Assembly (NCBI GenBank): GCA_053919585.1
Contig: CM132828.1
Direction: 5' to 3' (one strand)
Origin: Euprymna scolopes
Taxonomy: Eukaryota
Length of the DNA: 64,000 nucleotides
Below, piece after piece: positions 61,780 to 64,000 of this stretch. Position numbers and translations under genes: made by a program. The notes beneath the pieces are model-generated. The model saw only the letters and a program-made list of their open reading frames with translations. It was not told where the DNA came from and ran no database searches. Numbering within the stretch: position 1 is the stretch's first letter; every line of letters begins with the position of its first letter.

Positions 61780-63780
61780 ATAACCAAGTGGAGCAAGGAG
61801 CTAAGGTAGCAGAAATCCAAACAAAAGTGAAAGCTTTAGCTGCACAAATTAAAAATAACAGCAAATGGAGCCGAGTCATTGAATAGAATTTTTAGCAATA
61901 ACCCAAGGATGGTGTACAGAAACGTAATTAAAGAGGTAATCAAGGTAAAGTCACCACCAACACAGGAAGAAGTGTAGTCATTCTGGAAACTGCTGTATGA
62001 GGACCCAAACTACACCAAGAGAGGGAATGGATAAATACAATTAAAGAGGCTGTCAAGGGCAAACAAGATCTGCCACCACTGAAAATCACAAAACAACCTG
62101 TAAGAAACAAATTACTTTAAAAGACCAGGAATTTAAAATTGCTTAAAAATTCACGGCTCTTCATGAGCATTATTCTCAGACGTTTACTCGTGTTGTCAGC
62201 AGCGAGGAATATTCACCAGAGTGGTTAATTCTTGGTAAGACAACTCTGATACCCAAGAGACTCATTTGCCCAATAAATAAAAACCCATCTGCTGCCTCTC
62301 AACTACATACAAGTGGCTTACAGGAATGAGTGCACATGCACCTGACCGATGGCAAGTACCTCGAAAATGAACAAAACGGATATATCATAAATAAACTGGG
62401 TACAAAGGACCAACTCCTCAATAAAACAAACCTGGATGACTGCAAAAAGCGTCAAAGGAATTGTCAATGGTATGGGTTGACTATACAAAAGGCATTCGAT
62501 AGTGTGTCTCACTCCTGGATACAGATACTAGGTACAGTCCTAGTAGAGGCATGAACAAAAAAGAGTAAATCATTTACTTTTTATGGACGATCTCAAATTC
62601 TATGCAGAGATAGAAAAACAGATTGTCTTTCTGATAGAAATTGTAAAGACTTTCATAGAGGATGTCTGCATGGAGTTTGGATTTGACAAATGTGCCAAAT
62701 GCATAAAAAAGAAAAAGACGACATCCGAAAATATTCGGTTCAATGATGGCTTGATTGAAGACCTAGGATAGGATGCCACATATAAGTACCTCGGTATAGA
62801 GGAGAATGTAACTGTGGAGCATGAAAAAATGAGACATAAGGTGGAACAAGAATACACATTACGCCTTAAAAAGATACTCAAATCTCAACTAAACCCGAAA
62901 AACAAAATAACTGCCATAAATCAACTTGCAATCCCTGTCATCACATATGGGGTTGGTATTATTGACTGGCCTCAATACAATATCAATAGGTTAGATACAA
63001 AGACCAGGACACTCCTAACCTTGCATAAAATAATATATCGAAACCAATGTATGGACAGGATATACCTATCACGAAAGAGGGTGGCCTCGGTCTCACTGAA
63101 ATAAACCATGCATATCGAGCCACCATAGTAAGCATGGGATAGTATATTAATAGCTCAACAGATATGTCAATAGAAATAGTGAGGGACCACCATGAACGCC
63201 TACCCCAACAAGCCTCAGTTACAAAGCTTGCTGAAAACTTTGGGGGTACCATACTGGAAAATACTGCCGAGGTATATGATGAACCAGCAACACATATTGC
63301 AAGAAAAAAGAAAAAGAAATACACCGAAATCGAGATAGACACAATAAACAAGGACGGGAGCAACATAAAAGAGCAGGAAAGTTCATAGAGGATCTTAAAC
63401 AGGGATATATAGACGAAGATGCTTCACTCCAATGGCTCAAGAGCGGGAGACTTCCATTTGATGAGGAAAGACTCATTATAGCCAGTCAAGATCAGGGCTT
63501 ACTCACAAATGGATTTAAAAAAGGGCTGGTCTATAAGAAAATAGCCAATGCCGGTTTTGCCACTCAGCAGTTGGGAGCCCAAGCCATCTAATGTCTGCAT
63601 GCCCAATCTTATTGGCAGATGGCCTTTACACTGACCGTCACAACAAAGTATGTAAGTACCTCCATTGGAAGATCTGTGGAGAAATGCAACTTGTAAGAGC
63701 AACGAACATCTGGAAACATGAACCACCACCAATAACATCAAATGGAAAAGTGATCGTCATCTATGACAAAGACATACATA
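61780..63780 (+). mobile_element. R4/Dong-like non-LTR retrotransposon (RT + CCHC + start of restriction-like endonuclease), decayed and truncated at both ends
   Basis: Motifs KPICCLSTTYK, GTKDQLL, KAFDSVSHSWI, NHLLFMDDLK, MEFGFDKCAK, YKYLGI, KNKITAINQLAIPVITY, RIYLSRK.GG.GL, ASQDQGL, CRFC..HLMSACPIL..YTDRHNKVCKYLHW, spread over several frames. Confidence 0.88.
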
Positions 63781-64000
63781 TAAAGAGCTCTCAAATATAA
63801 ATTGAAATCATAACAGAATAAAGTGATCTCTTTAAAACTTATAGAAGTAAAATAAGTTTTAAAAAGTTAAAAGAAAAAGTGATAGAGTTCTAATTCAAAT
63901 ACAGGCAGAAAGATACATAAAAGCCAAACCCATTAAACAAGACATTGTATATAGAACAAGCCATAAAGAACTCATTCGCGACGTTTTCAAATGACTATAG

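Noticed and set aside
63780-64000. Possible piggyBac transposase remnant (YIKAKPIK)
   Set aside because: It is a single short motif amid stops at the window edge, which is insufficient evidence.

Overview
AT-rich eukaryotic (invertebrate animal-like) genomic DNA. Positions 1-34188 are one uninterrupted 43-bp satellite array (~795 monomers, consensus AAAGTCAATCATTTATTAAGTGGCAGATTTATTCACAYGTAAT). It has nested higher-order repeats and a near-perfect dyad in every monomer. The remaining 30 kb hold two paralogous tandem C2H2 zinc-finger genes in head-to-head orientation (37985-38764 minus, 9 fingers; 61170-61712 plus, 6 fingers). They form the arms of an old inverted duplication centred near 50.2 kb on an ETS/YY1/CCAAT motif-rich stretch. 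A third copy of their upstream non-coding module (34.9-37.3 kb) points into the satellite. The arms are filled with decayed TEs (CR1-group LINEs, R4/Dong-like LINEs, a Gypsy pol fragment, long-TIR MITEs) and several minisatellites. The most notable item is a ~350-bp insertion at 45381-45730. It has a 288-bp monomer plus a ~62-bp terminal redundancy, an 8-bp TSD, empty sites in both paralogous segments, and a minimal type-I hammerhead ribozyme motif, i.e. a Penelope-pLTR/retrozyme-like element. All alignments were done by eye; boundaries of diverged segments are approximate.
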